Notes: generated by a model not told the origin, from the sequence alone. 64,000 nucleotides of DNA from an uncultured Roseivirgaceae bacterium (GCA_964521255.1 CAZFRM010000021.1:8772-72771); one strand, 5' to 3'; positions 20,239-29,525 are shown, counted from the first letter of the stretch. Program-made: numbers and translations.

Positions 20239-21027
20239 TTAGCTTTCCCAAATTTTCCATGGAGCGTTTCCAAGTGCCCATAGACCTTCCAAATACATTT
20301 TATCACGGAGTGTGTCCATAGGTTGCCAGAAGCCGGTATGCCTAAAGGCATTCAGTTGACCGTTCTTTGCTAAATTTTCCAGTGGTTTCTTTTCAAAAAC
20401 AGTTTCATCGCCATCAATATAATTGAAAACCCCTGGCTCAAGAACAAAAAAACCTCCATTTATCCAGGCCGTACTATCGCCTTCACCCTGTGGTTTCTCC
20501 TGAAAATATTTAATCTTAGATTCCCCTGGCTGAAGATTAAAAATACCGAACCGTCCATGTTGACGCACTGAAGTCAAGGTGGCCAATGCGCCTGAATTTT
20601 TATGTTGCAGGATTAGATCGTTAATGTTTAAATCACTGACACCATCGCCGTAGGTCATGCAAAACGTCTCATTACCCAGGTAATCTTTTACCCGTTGGAG
20701 ACGACCTCCGGTCATTGTATTTAATCCGGTATCGACCAAAGTCACATTCCACGGCTCAGCATGCATTTTGAGTATTTTCATGCTGTTATTCTTCATATCA
20801 AATGTCACGTCTGCATTATGAAGAAAATAATTCGAAAAATATTCTTTAATCACATTGGCCTTATATCCGCAGCAGATAATGAAGTCATTTAAGCCATAGT
20901 GTGAATATATTTTCATAATGTGCCAGAGAATGGGCATGCCACCAATTTCAACCATTGGCTTTGGACGTATTCCGCTTTCTTCACTTATCCGAGTACCATA
21001 CCCTCCGGCAAGGATTACTACTTTCAT
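20239..21027 (-). CDS. rfbF: glucose-1-phosphate cytidylyltransferase
   Basis: '[45 protein letters not shown]...GGFFVLEP...[12 protein letters not shown]' is the canonical RfbF pattern over 262 aa. Confidence 0.9.
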   Translation of the reverse strand: MKVVILAGGYGTRISEESGIRPKPMVEIGGMPILWHIMKIYSHYGLNDFIICCGYKANVIKEYFSNYFLHNADVTFDMKNNSMKILKMHAEPWNVTLVDTGLNTMTGGRLQRVKDYLGNETFCMTYGDGVSDLNINDLILQHKNSGALATLTSVRQHGRFGIFNLQPGESKIKYFQEKPQGEGDSTAWINGGFFVLEPGVFNYIDGDETVFEKKPLENLAKNGQLNAFRHTGFWQPMDTLRDKMYLEGLWALGNAPWKIWES

Positions 21028-21228
21028 TTATTAGTGATTAATTTTGTTTTTACCGATTCCAATATGCAAAATTTATTCGGGTTGATATAGCCAATATAAT
21101 GTCCGAAGAACTCGTAGTTTTCATAAAAGTAGGCCTTTGCGAAGGTATACATCAATGATGGAGTTGGTGCGCATTAATGATCTAAATCATTGAATCCTAG
21201 GTTTTTTAAACTAAATCACTTTGTCTGT

Positions 21229-21689
21229 CTAAACCTTTAATCTATCGGTTATGAAAGTAGTTTTGTTTGTGGCGTCCAGGGGATGCGCATCGCATAAAAG
21301 TAGGGAGGCTGGTCTTAGATCAATGATAACAGCATATATTCTTCCTTTTGTGCATCGGATAAATTTAGCCTCTCCGTAAGGTGCGATTTGGTAATGCATG
21401 CCTCTTATAGTTCCTTTCTTTTTTGTACAGGAGGTATTCATCTGGGCAATTTTCGGTGAGAGCATGAGCTTCAAATTATCTCGCGCACCAAGCTCTTCAA
21501 AAAAAAACCGTGTTGGTCTTCAATTTTTTGCACCTCTATAACATAGGCTCCCGGTAGCTTCGTTTCAGTAAAAATCATAAGGTCAGTTGCTAATCGTTCA
21601 AATTTTCCGCCTATCATCGTATCTGGTCCCGCATCCGCAAGGTTCGCACTCCACGGCTCTTCACGCATCTTGAGAACTTTCATTGTCAA
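21229..21689 (-). pseudogene. collapsed remnant of a second rfbF-rfbC cassette (internal deletions and a frameshift)
   Basis: 'MKVLKMREEPWSANLADAGPDTMIGGKFERL' corresponds to RfbF '[31 protein letters not shown]'. It is fused to 'MIFTETKLPGAYVIEVQKIEDQHGFF' (RfbC N-terminus). 'KIAQMNTS..KKGTIRGMHYQIAPYGEAKFIRCTKGRIYAVIIDLRP' follows, then a jump to the RfbC C-terminal '..FITDRLKV'. Confidence 0.75.
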
Positions 21690-21724
21690 TGATTATTTTG
21701 CTCAAAATTTAAACTCTATCCTCA

Positions 21725-22699
21725 TCACTTAACCATTTGCTCCTCCAACCGACTTTCGGAACCAGTAAAAAATTTTTTGAGTTTTTGCCAACCCACTCTG
21801 CAATACCTCTTGGGATAACCGCGGTAAAGAATTACAGAAACTGTTAAGAAACCTAATAAGATTCTGTGTAGACGGGATAATTTATTAAAAATTTCATGCT
21901 GATTGATCATTTTATAAGCGTCAACCGCAATCTTCACATGGGGAAGCCGTGCAACCCAATCTGGTTCATCCAGCGACCGGGCAAACTTAAGCCAATTGCC
22001 GGATGAACCCCCAAGGTATTTATTATAAAACTTAAAATCCTCCAAGACGGCAAATTTTCCAAGAAAGGCAAGGCTTGCTATAAAATGGTAATCATATCCC
22101 CAAACCTTGGGCACAAACGCTGCTCGTTGAGCAAGTTCACGTCTCATGAGCCCATGAAACATCCCCACCCACCTTATCCTAGAATAGTATTGTGCAACAC
22201 GTTTGTAAGGATTGTCACTGGTTAGATTGAAATTATTTTCATCATGAGCAAATTCATCTTCAGCACCAGCAGCTCTCCTGAAGTATCTCAGTTGACCTGC
22301 GGCATTAGCGAAATCAGGATGTTTTTCCAGAAAATCAACGATATTAAACAGGGCACCTTTTTCGAAGGTATCATCATCAGCAGTCCACATAAAGTATTTC
22401 CCAGTGGCTTGCTTTAAAACATAAAAAGTATTGTGATAAATGCCAATATTCTCCTTTTGTTTATGGTATTGAACCCCTGGCTGCTTTTTTGCAAATTCCG
22501 CAACGATTTCGGCCGTGTTATCAGTTGAACAATTATCTGAAATAATTATCTCAAGGTTTGGATATCCCTGAGCCATGACCGAATCCAACATCCTACGTAG
22601 ACCTTCGCCTCCGTTGTAAGTAGGGAGCCCAATACTAACCAATGGGTAAATACTTTTATCCTTCATACTTATGAAATTTTCTTCTAAAATAGATTCCAT
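21725..22699 (-). CDS. family 2 glycosyltransferase
   Basis: 'LVSIGLPTYNGGEGLRRMLDSVMAQGYPNLEIIISDNCSTDNT' and 'WTADDD'. ATG at 22699 is preferred over the upstream TTG at 22714. Confidence 0.8.
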   Translation of the reverse strand: MESILEENFISMKDKSIYPLVSIGLPTYNGGEGLRRMLDSVMAQGYPNLEIIISDNCSTDNTAEIVAEFAKKQPGVQYHKQKENIGIYHNTFYVLKQATGKYFMWTADDDTFEKGALFNIVDFLEKHPDFANAAGQLRYFRRAAGAEDEFAHDENNFNLTSDNPYKRVAQYYSRIRWVGMFHGLMRRELAQRAAFVPKVWGYDYHFIASLAFLGKFAVLEDFKFYNKYLGGSSGNWLKFARSLDEPDWVARLPHVKIAVDAYKMINQHEIFNKLSRLHRILLGFLTVSVILYRGYPKRYCRVGWQKLKKFFTGSESRLEEQMVK

Positions 22700-22964
22700 G
22701 AAAAGGCGCACCAATGATAACTGAGATCAGACCTAATGATTTAAATCATCGGCCGCAAACCAAGGACGAAAGATAAGGAAATTCCAAACGTACCTGTCTT
22801 GAACTACTTGTTTGCGAACCAGTTATGATTCTTGTCATAAATGATTGAAATCTTATCATTCAACAACTTGCGTCATTGAAAATAGGTCACCTGCAAATAT
22901 ATCTTTGAGATTAATAAAGGCATTTTTTAAAATATTTATAACCTATAACTTTAATCTTACCATT

Positions 22965-23771
22965 ATGAAAGTTGTTCTTTTTTGTGGAGGTCAGGGTATG
23001 AGACTCAGAGAGTATTCTGAAAAAATACCTAAGCCCATGGTGCCCATTGGCTATCGCCCTGTTTTGTGGCACGTTATGAAGTACTATGCTCATTTTGGCC
23101 ATAAAGATTTCATCTTGTGCTTAGGGCATCAGGCCGATGTAATTAAAGATTACTTTGTGAATTACCATGAGTATGTTTCAAATGACTTTGTACTGAATAA
23201 AGGCACTCAGGTAAATCTCCTTAATAAGGATATCGAGGATTGGAATATAACCTTCGCATTCACAGGAGTTAACTCAAATATTGGTGAACGTTTATCTGCC
23301 GCTAAAAAATATTTGGAAGGGGAAGAAATGTTCCTCGCTAATTATTCAGATGGTCTAACTAACCTACCACTGGACGACGTTATTTCTAAATTCAAGAACT
23401 CAAATAACGTAGGTTCATTTATGGCTGCTAAACCCACTCGGAGTTTCCACGTGGCAATCTTAGATGAAGGGGATAATGTGTCAAGCATTTCACCTTTGAA
23501 TGAAATGAAGTCAACGTGGGTTAATGCGGGCTACTTTGTTTTTCGCAAGGAGATTTTTGATTACATTAAACCAGGAGAAGAACTCGTTGAAGAGCCTTTC
23601 CAGCGATTGATCAGGGAAAGAAAGCTTATGGCATATCCATATGAAGGGGCATTCCATACAATGGATACATTTAAAGAGAAACAGGCATTGGATGACATGT
23701 ATGCGAAGGGAGACACGCCTTGGCAGGTTTGGAAAACGAAAGACTTTCAACAGCAACTTAGGGCATGTTAA
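22965..23771 (+). CDS. RfbF-like sugar-phosphate nucleotidyl(cytidylyl)transferase; the only intact copy of three
   Basis: 'MKVVLFCGGQGMRLREYSEKIPKPMVPIGYRPVLWHVMKYYAHFGHKDFILCLGH...NAGYFVFRKEIF...TMDTFKEKQALDDMY'. ATG at 22965; the ORF track's TTG extension from 22845 was rejected. Confidence 0.8.
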   Translation: MKVVLFCGGQGMRLREYSEKIPKPMVPIGYRPVLWHVMKYYAHFGHKDFILCLGHQADVIKDYFVNYHEYVSNDFVLNKGTQVNLLNKDIEDWNITFAFTGVNSNIGERLSAAKKYLEGEEMFLANYSDGLTNLPLDDVISKFKNSNNVGSFMAAKPTRSFHVAILDEGDNVSSISPLNEMKSTWVNAGYFVFRKEIFDYIKPGEELVEEPFQRLIRERKLMAYPYEGAFHTMDTFKEKQALDDMYAKGDTPWQVWKTKDFQQQLRAC

Positions 23772-24409
23772 CATTCCGGTTTGACGAGAGAAGAGAAGGT
23801 CTTAACCTTTTACTTCTTGGAGCTCATTGTGATGATATTGAAATCGGCTGTGGCGCAACAATATTGAAGTTAATTGAAAAGTATAAGATAGGACATATTA
23901 AATGGGTTGTCTTTGCGTCGAACGTTGAGCGCGAAAAGGAAGCAAGAGCTTGTGCTGAATACTTCTTGGAGAAAGTGTCATCCAAGGAAATCATTATAAA
24001 AGATTTTAGAGACGGTTTTTTTCCTCAGATGAGGTCTGAGATAAAGAATCTTTTTGAAGGCTTGAAGGATGGTTTTAGCCCAGATATTATTTTCACACAC
24101 TATCAGCATGACCTTCACCAGGACCATCGGTTGCTTGCGCAATTGACCTGGAATACATTCAGGGATCACCTTATCTTTGAGTATGAGATTCCTAAATATG
24201 ATGGTGATCTTGGAAATCCGCAGTTTTTCGTAGAGATCAAGGAGGAATTAATTGATAAAAAAGTCAGGGCCCTTTTAAAGTACTATTTATCTCAATCAGG
24301 AAAGCACTGGTTTGATAGAGAGACGTTCTATTCGATTATGCGCTTACGCGGGATGCAGTCGGCATGTAAGTATGCAGAAGCATTTTATATTCGCAAGGTA
24401 AAATCTTAG
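23765..24409 (+). CDS. PIG-L/LmbE-family deacetylase
   Basis: 'LLLLGAHCDDIEIGCG' and 'HYQHDLHQDHR' are the metal-binding motifs. It overlaps the upstream nucleotidyltransferase gene by 7 nt. Confidence 0.8.
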   Translation: MLTFRFDERREGLNLLLLGAHCDDIEIGCGATILKLIEKYKIGHIKWVVFASNVEREKEARACAEYFLEKVSSKEIIIKDFRDGFFPQMRSEIKNLFEGLKDGFSPDIIFTHYQHDLHQDHRLLAQLTWNTFRDHLIFEYEIPKYDGDLGNPQFFVEIKEELIDKKVRALLKYYLSQSGKHWFDRETFYSIMRLRGMQSACKYAEAFYIRKVKS

Positions 24410-24509
24410 ATTTTTTCGGATTAACATTGATGGAAGGATGATTGACGGTGGCATAAGATGAAATCAAAGGGTATCAAATCTACAACCTAATGGAGGAACT
24501 ATATCTAAG

Positions 24510-25370
24510 ATGATCTATATAGCCATTCCGGTGCACAATAGAAAAGGACTATTAAGAAACTGTTTGTTATCATTAAGAAATCAGACTAATAAGGATTTCA
24601 AAATAATCGTCACCGACGATGGCTCTAATGATGGTACAGGTGAAATGCTCCGGTCTGAGTTTCCGGAAGTCACCGTGTTGCAGGGCGATGGAAATCTATG
24701 GTGGACCGGCTCCATCAACAAAGCGGTGAGCTATGCACTGAAAAGATGCGATGACGATGATTTTATCCTGGTTCTGAATGACGATTTGGAGGTCCCTGAA
24801 AATTACATTGAAAACTTTTATACCCTGGCAAGGAAACACCCGAATACGCTTATTGGATCCGTTGTAACAGATATTGATGACAAGGATCGAATATGTAGTG
24901 GTGGAGTCAAAATCAATTGGTTTACTGGCAAAACACGAGGGATTAATAATGATAGGAGTCTTTCATCATTTGGTAAGGGTTATTATACTGACGAAGCTTC
25001 GTATTTGACCGGACGTGGCGTTTTAATTTCAATTAAGGTATTTAAACAAGTGGGAATTTATAATAACAATCATTACACTCAATGCGGAGATACAGAGTTG
25101 CCGATACGAGCACGAAAGGCTGGTTACAAACTGATTGTTAGTTATGATGTTCCGGTCTACAGTTATGTCAAAGACGAAGGCCATATCAATCACCTTGATA
25201 AATATAGTTTCAGATCATTAAAAAAGTATTACTTTGACATTCGATCACATGTCAATCTGAGAGAACGATTTTGGTTTGCGATCGATTCAACGTCCAACAT
25301 TGTTCACGGATTGTGGTTTTTCGTAATGGATTTTACAAGGATAACAGTTCACTTTTTTCGGAGGTTTTAG
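24510..25370 (+). CDS. family 2 glycosyltransferase
   Basis: 'IYIAIPVHNRKGLLRNCLLSLRNQTNKDFKIIVTDDGSNDGT' and 'VLNDDLEV'. Confidence 0.8.
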   Translation: MIYIAIPVHNRKGLLRNCLLSLRNQTNKDFKIIVTDDGSNDGTGEMLRSEFPEVTVLQGDGNLWWTGSINKAVSYALKRCDDDDFILVLNDDLEVPENYIENFYTLARKHPNTLIGSVVTDIDDKDRICSGGVKINWFTGKTRGINNDRSLSSFGKGYYTDEASYLTGRGVLISIKVFKQVGIYNNNHYTQCGDTELPIRARKAGYKLIVSYDVPVYSYVKDEGHINHLDKYSFRSLKKYYFDIRSHVNLRERFWFAIDSTSNIVHGLWFFVMDFTRITVHFFRRF

Positions 25371-25381
25371 TCACTGCTGAG

Positions 25382-26479
25382 TTGAACCCATCATTCATCA
25401 TTAATACGGCAACCACTTCATGGGAAGAGCCGCCAAGAGCGAGACATCAGTTTACTTTTGCTGCGGCCAAAAAGGCTGAAATTGTCTTTGTTACACGTAA
25501 CAAGATCGGTTTCTCCAAATTAAATCTTTTTAAGCCTCAACATAATGTCACTGTAATCGAACCCCATTTCCCCATCGATTACCGGTTTCGTTACAGGTTG
25601 CCTGTTGTAAATGAACTGTATCAAAATTGGCTCTTTGGTCGGCTGAGAAAAATGTTCCCAAATGTACCCGTGGTTAATTTTGATTGCACAGCTACCCGTT
25701 TGTCTAATTTCTTTCCTCAGACAATATATTATTGTAGCGATGAATATGCTGGAAATAGTAAATATCAAGTCAGTTTAGTTGATCGGTATATTTCCCGGTG
25801 TGAGAAAATTGTATCAAAAAGTTCGCTGTTTTGCATAACCACTTCCCATTTCTTGACTCAAAAGTTAAAGCAGCTTAATCCAAATACTGTTGAGATTCCA
25901 CTGGGCTCTTCATATGATGGAAAGGAGATCGCCGAGTATTGCGTGAGCAAAAACAAGAGCAGGATAGTGGTAGGGTTGATGGGGGTTATGAACGGTCGTC
26001 AATACTCTGTACAGTCGTTGAACAAGATTTTAAGTGATGACCGCCTGGAGGTCGTTTTAATGGGAACGATCGAGAAGGGGATGCTTACAAAGATTGATAA
26101 TTTGCAAAAGGCGAATCTTCGCGGTGTCTTAAAGGGAGAGGAGCTGTTTAACCAACTGAAAACATTGGATGTTGGATTAGCCTTATACAACGTCGATTTT
26201 GTCAATCCAGGAGGAACGCCGAATAAAGTGTGGCAATATCTTGCTGTAGGCAAGCCAGCGGTGGTGAGTGATCTTCCCAACTTAAAGTATATGACCTTCC
26301 CTGATCGTTCGGTTTACGTTACCAGGAGCGATGATGATCTTATTGAAACGATTATAAAAGCCCATACCGAAAATTCTGAAGAGCTTATGCGAATCAGAGT
26401 TGAATTTGCCAGACAAAATACATGGGACAGCCGATTTGAACAATTCATATCCGTTTTTCACAGTATGCAGACAGTGTAA
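25382..26479 (+). CDS. GT-B fold glycosyltransferase (TuaH-like / GT1-GT4-like)
   Basis: 'GGTPNKVWQYLAVGKPAVVSDLPNL' resembles the C-terminal nucleotide-sugar binding region of GT-B enzymes. The start is uncertain: the ORF is open from 25271 and overlaps the previous gene, and an in-frame TTG at 25382 was chosen. Confidence 0.6.
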   Translation: MNPSFIINTATTSWEEPPRARHQFTFAAAKKAEIVFVTRNKIGFSKLNLFKPQHNVTVIEPHFPIDYRFRYRLPVVNELYQNWLFGRLRKMFPNVPVVNFDCTATRLSNFFPQTIYYCSDEYAGNSKYQVSLVDRYISRCEKIVSKSSLFCITTSHFLTQKLKQLNPNTVEIPLGSSYDGKEIAEYCVSKNKSRIVVGLMGVMNGRQYSVQSLNKILSDDRLEVVLMGTIEKGMLTKIDNLQKANLRGVLKGEELFNQLKTLDVGLALYNVDFVNPGGTPNKVWQYLAVGKPAVVSDLPNLKYMTFPDRSVYVTRSDDDLIETIIKAHTENSEELMRIRVEFARQNTWDSRFEQFISVFHSMQTV

Positions 26480-26499
26480 CGAAATCGTTGGCATATCTT

Positions 26500-27120
26500 T
26501 TCTTCATTTTAGCAAACACCATAACTACAAGGAATATGTATCGAATGATTTCGTGTTAAAGTCAGGGTCTTAAATAAATTTGATCAAAAAGGATATTGAT
26601 GATTGGAATATCGCTTTCGTTGAGACAGGTCTCTATTCGAACATCACAGAGCGGCTTTTGGCTACTGAAATGTATTTAGCCGGTGAAGAAGCTTTTTTAG
26701 TTAACTATACGGATGCCCTGATGGACCGTTGCTTACCCGAAATGATCCAACAATTTACTAACTCGAATAAGTTAAGTATGCTTTCAGGTAAACCAAACCT
26801 ACACAGAGTTTCCATGTAGCTTCCTTTGATCCCCGTTACAAAAAACGCCAACGATATTACGTCAATAAACAAGCGTGAGGATATTTGGCTTAATGCGGGT
26901 TACTATATTTTTAGAAAAGTCATCTTTGATTTTGTGGATCGGCGTGGTGAATTCCTGCCTTTACTTTGCCAAGGCTTGTTGAAGCTGATCAACTTGAGGC
27001 CTATCCCTACAATGGCGTGTATGTTACATTGGATACGTTTAAGGAGAAACAGGCCCTTCACGATATGCGGACAAAAGGTGATATGCCCTGGATGGTTTGG
27101 AAAGAAAATCAGGAGTGGAT
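26500..27120 (+). pseudogene. third, heavily degraded copy of the RfbF-like nucleotidyltransferase gene (lacks the 5' end; stops and frameshifts)
   Basis: 'NHNYKEYVSNDFVLKSGS*INLIKKDIDDWNIAFVETGLYSNITERL...FLVNYTDAL', 'DIWLNAGYYIFRKVIFDF' and '..YPYNGVYVTLDTFKEKQALHDMRTKGDMPWMVW' are spread over several frames. Confidence 0.7.
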
Positions 27121-27189
27121 AGGAGGGATACTCTTGACCAGTTAAATTATTCTACCAGGTAGCCGCTGGACATCTCCGCCACATGGATC

Positions 27190-27939
27190 TTAGCGAACGT
27201 TACGATTTACAAATATTTCCTTGAAGCTGAAGAAGAGGAAGAGCGAATTTGTAACTAAATACCTTTTCCAAAGTCTGCGGGGCTCAAGAACTAAACGATA
27301 AAGCCATTCCAATGACAAATTTTGCATCCACTTAGGCAATCGCTTTTCTTTTCCTGCATAAACGTGAAATGCTTGTCCCAAGCCTAACATACAGGCTTGA
27401 ATTTTACCCTTGTGCTCTGCCATCCACTTTTCCTGTTTAGGGCAACCCAAAGCTACAAATAGGAGGTCAGGGTTAGCGATATTTACTTTATTGACGACTT
27501 TATGTTTTTCTTCGTCCGATAAGAGTCTGAAAGGCGGAGAATAAAACCAGGTTTTTAGATTTGGAAATTCCCGCTTGGACCTTGCTGCAATGGCGTCGAG
27601 TGTATCTTGGGTGGTTCCATAGAAGTATACTGATTTTCCTCTCTTTTCGGCCTCTTTTAACAAATCTGGGAGTATGTCCATGCCACAAACCCTGTCTTGT
27701 TTGATATTTTTAAAAAGGTGAAGGAACACTGAAATAGGCTTGCCATCCGGTGCGACAATGTCAGCTTCATTAATGATTTTGTTAAAGGAAGGGTCGTTAT
27801 AGGCTTCGACAACCATGTGGACATTGGCGAAACAAACGTACGATGATTTCTTCTCCTCTGAGATGGCTAAAATTCTTTTGACAAATTCCTGATAAGATCC
27901 CCTTGTAATAAAGGAGGTTAAAACCCGTTCCTTAACCAT
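27190..27939 (-). CDS. WecB/TagA/CpsF-family glycosyltransferase (GT26)
   Basis: 'ADIVAPDGKPISVF', 'VYFYGTTQDTLD', 'LLFVALGCPKQEKWMAEH' and 'MLGLGQAFHVYAG'. Confidence 0.85.
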   Translation of the reverse strand: MVKERVLTSFITRGSYQEFVKRILAISEEKKSSYVCFANVHMVVEAYNDPSFNKIINEADIVAPDGKPISVFLHLFKNIKQDRVCGMDILPDLLKEAEKRGKSVYFYGTTQDTLDAIAARSKREFPNLKTWFYSPPFRLLSDEEKHKVVNKVNIANPDLLFVALGCPKQEKWMAEHKGKIQACMLGLGQAFHVYAGKEKRLPKWMQNLSLEWLYRLVLEPRRLWKRYLVTNSLFLFFSFKEIFVNRNVR

Positions 27940-27978
27940 GAGATCGCTTTTGAGGAAATAATGAAGAGTTCAGGTAAA

Positions 27979-29364
27979 TTAGTAGGCTCCTTTTTCACCT
28001 TTAATCATATTCCAGACAGTGAGGAATATGATTTTTATGTCTAGAGAAAGAGACCAGTTCTCAAGATACATAACATCATACTCGATTCGCTTTTCCATCA
28101 TGCCAGGTTCTCTAGTCTCACCACGATAGCCGTTTACCTGTGCATAACCTGTTATACCTGGTGTAACAAAGTGCCTGACTTTGTACCTATCTATCGTTCT
28201 TGAATATTCTTCGAGCTGACTAACCATGTTAGGTCGTGGGCCAACAACCGACATATTACCAAGTAAAACATTTATAAACTGAGGAAGCTCATCCAGATTT
28301 GTCTTTCTTAAAAATTTTCCAACTTGTGTTACTCTCGGATCGTTCTTCAATGCCTGAAACTCTGTATCATTATTTACGGTCATAGTCCTGAACTTGTAAC
28401 ATTCAAATAGCTTATTTCGCTTGCCCGGTCTTAATTGCTTGAAAATAATCGGGCCTTTTGAATCCAGTCTGATTGCAAGAGCGATTATGGGTACAATAAA
28501 TGGAAAGACAGAAAGAATCACTACTAAAGAGAAGAGGATATCAAAAGCTCTTTTAAGTCCAGCATTGAGTGACACTCCAAGTGGTTCTTTGCGGGTTGTT
28601 AAAACAGGCATCGAATCATACATAAGTACATTGTAGTTATCCTTAACTACGCCACTAAAGTCAGGAGCAATTCTAAGATAAATGCAATTATCGTCAGCGA
28701 ACTTTGAGATGTCTTGAAATAGTTCTTTCTCTATAAGAGGTAGTGCGAAATAGATTTCGTCAATATTCTCCCTGATACAAAAATCTTTTACATCTTTTAT
28801 CTTTCCTTTTATTAAGGATTGATCCCAATGTTCCGCATGGTTGTCGTTATCAAAGAAACCCTTGAATACGTAGCGTGTCAGATCATGAGACTTAAAAAAG
28901 TTTAGAATAGATTTTCCTGATTGTGTTGCACCGATAATAACAAAACGACGTTGATCAAAACCTGAGAACTCAAAGTACTTGGAAACTAGCTTATAGATTA
29001 CTCTTGATGCCATTATAAGAATAGAGGTCAGGATGTAAACACAGATGAGAAAATTTAAGTCTATTAAATATAATTTGAAGACATAAAGAATAACAGTTAT
29101 AAGCGCTGCATGAACAATAAGAATTCCGAAAAGATGAGTACTGATTGTTCTGAAAAGACTAAACTTGTTCAAATGATATATCTTATCAAATCCGGCAATC
29201 ACCCAGCACAAACTGAAAATTAGTAAGAATGATGTTAATTGTTCTTGAGGAATTCCAAGACCAAACCCTAATTTTTGAGCAAGAGAGAAGGCGAGATTAA
29301 TGATGTAAAAATCCAAGAGAAATATCATCACCTTGATGACCCGGGAATAATACCTATCTTCCAT
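27979..29364 (-). CDS. undecaprenyl-phosphate hexose-1-phosphate transferase (initiating bacterial sugar transferase, WcaJ/EpsL-like)
   Basis: N-terminal TM helices are followed by 'KRAFDILFSLVVILSVFP...IFKQLRPGKRNKLFECYKFRTM...DELPQFINVLLGNMSVVGPRP...PGITGYAQVNG'. Confidence 0.9.
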   Translation of the reverse strand: MEDRYYSRVIKVMIFLLDFYIINLAFSLAQKLGFGLGIPQEQLTSFLLIFSLCWVIAGFDKIYHLNKFSLFRTISTHLFGILIVHAALITVILYVFKLYLIDLNFLICVYILTSILIMASRVIYKLVSKYFEFSGFDQRRFVIIGATQSGKSILNFFKSHDLTRYVFKGFFDNDNHAEHWDQSLIKGKIKDVKDFCIRENIDEIYFALPLIEKELFQDISKFADDNCIYLRIAPDFSGVVKDNYNVLMYDSMPVLTTRKEPLGVSLNAGLKRAFDILFSLVVILSVFPFIVPIIALAIRLDSKGPIIFKQLRPGKRNKLFECYKFRTMTVNNDTEFQALKNDPRVTQVGKFLRKTNLDELPQFINVLLGNMSVVGPRPNMVSQLEEYSRTIDRYKVRHFVTPGITGYAQVNGYRGETREPGMMEKRIEYDVMYLENWSLSLDIKIIFLTVWNMIKGEKGAY

Positions 29365-29525
29365 AAGACATTCAGTTTAAAGCCAATTACACAATAAAAG
29401 TAAGTTCAGTCCTTTCCTTTTAAAATGACCGCCATCATTGCCCTTAAAAACTTTCCTCATTGGAAAAATTCGCATGGTTAGGCGATTTTTGTGAGGATAA
29501 TGTTTATTGCTTACCCAAAAACTAT

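Noticed and set aside
21028-21228. A protein-like minus-strand translation ('FAKAYFYENYEFFGHYIGYINPNKF') between the rfbF start and the rfbF-rfbC remnant, as another gene relic.
   Set aside because: It is too short and I could not assign it to any family. It may simply be promoter or leader DNA.
21229-21689. ORFs 21229..21474 and 21471..21689 as small functional genes.
   Set aside because: Their translations are stitched fragments of RfbF and RfbC with large internal deletions. I treat them as a pseudogene remnant.
26580-27122. ORFs 26580..26819 and 26826..27122 as independent genes.
   Set aside because: They are out-of-frame pieces of one degraded RfbF-like nucleotidyltransferase copy.
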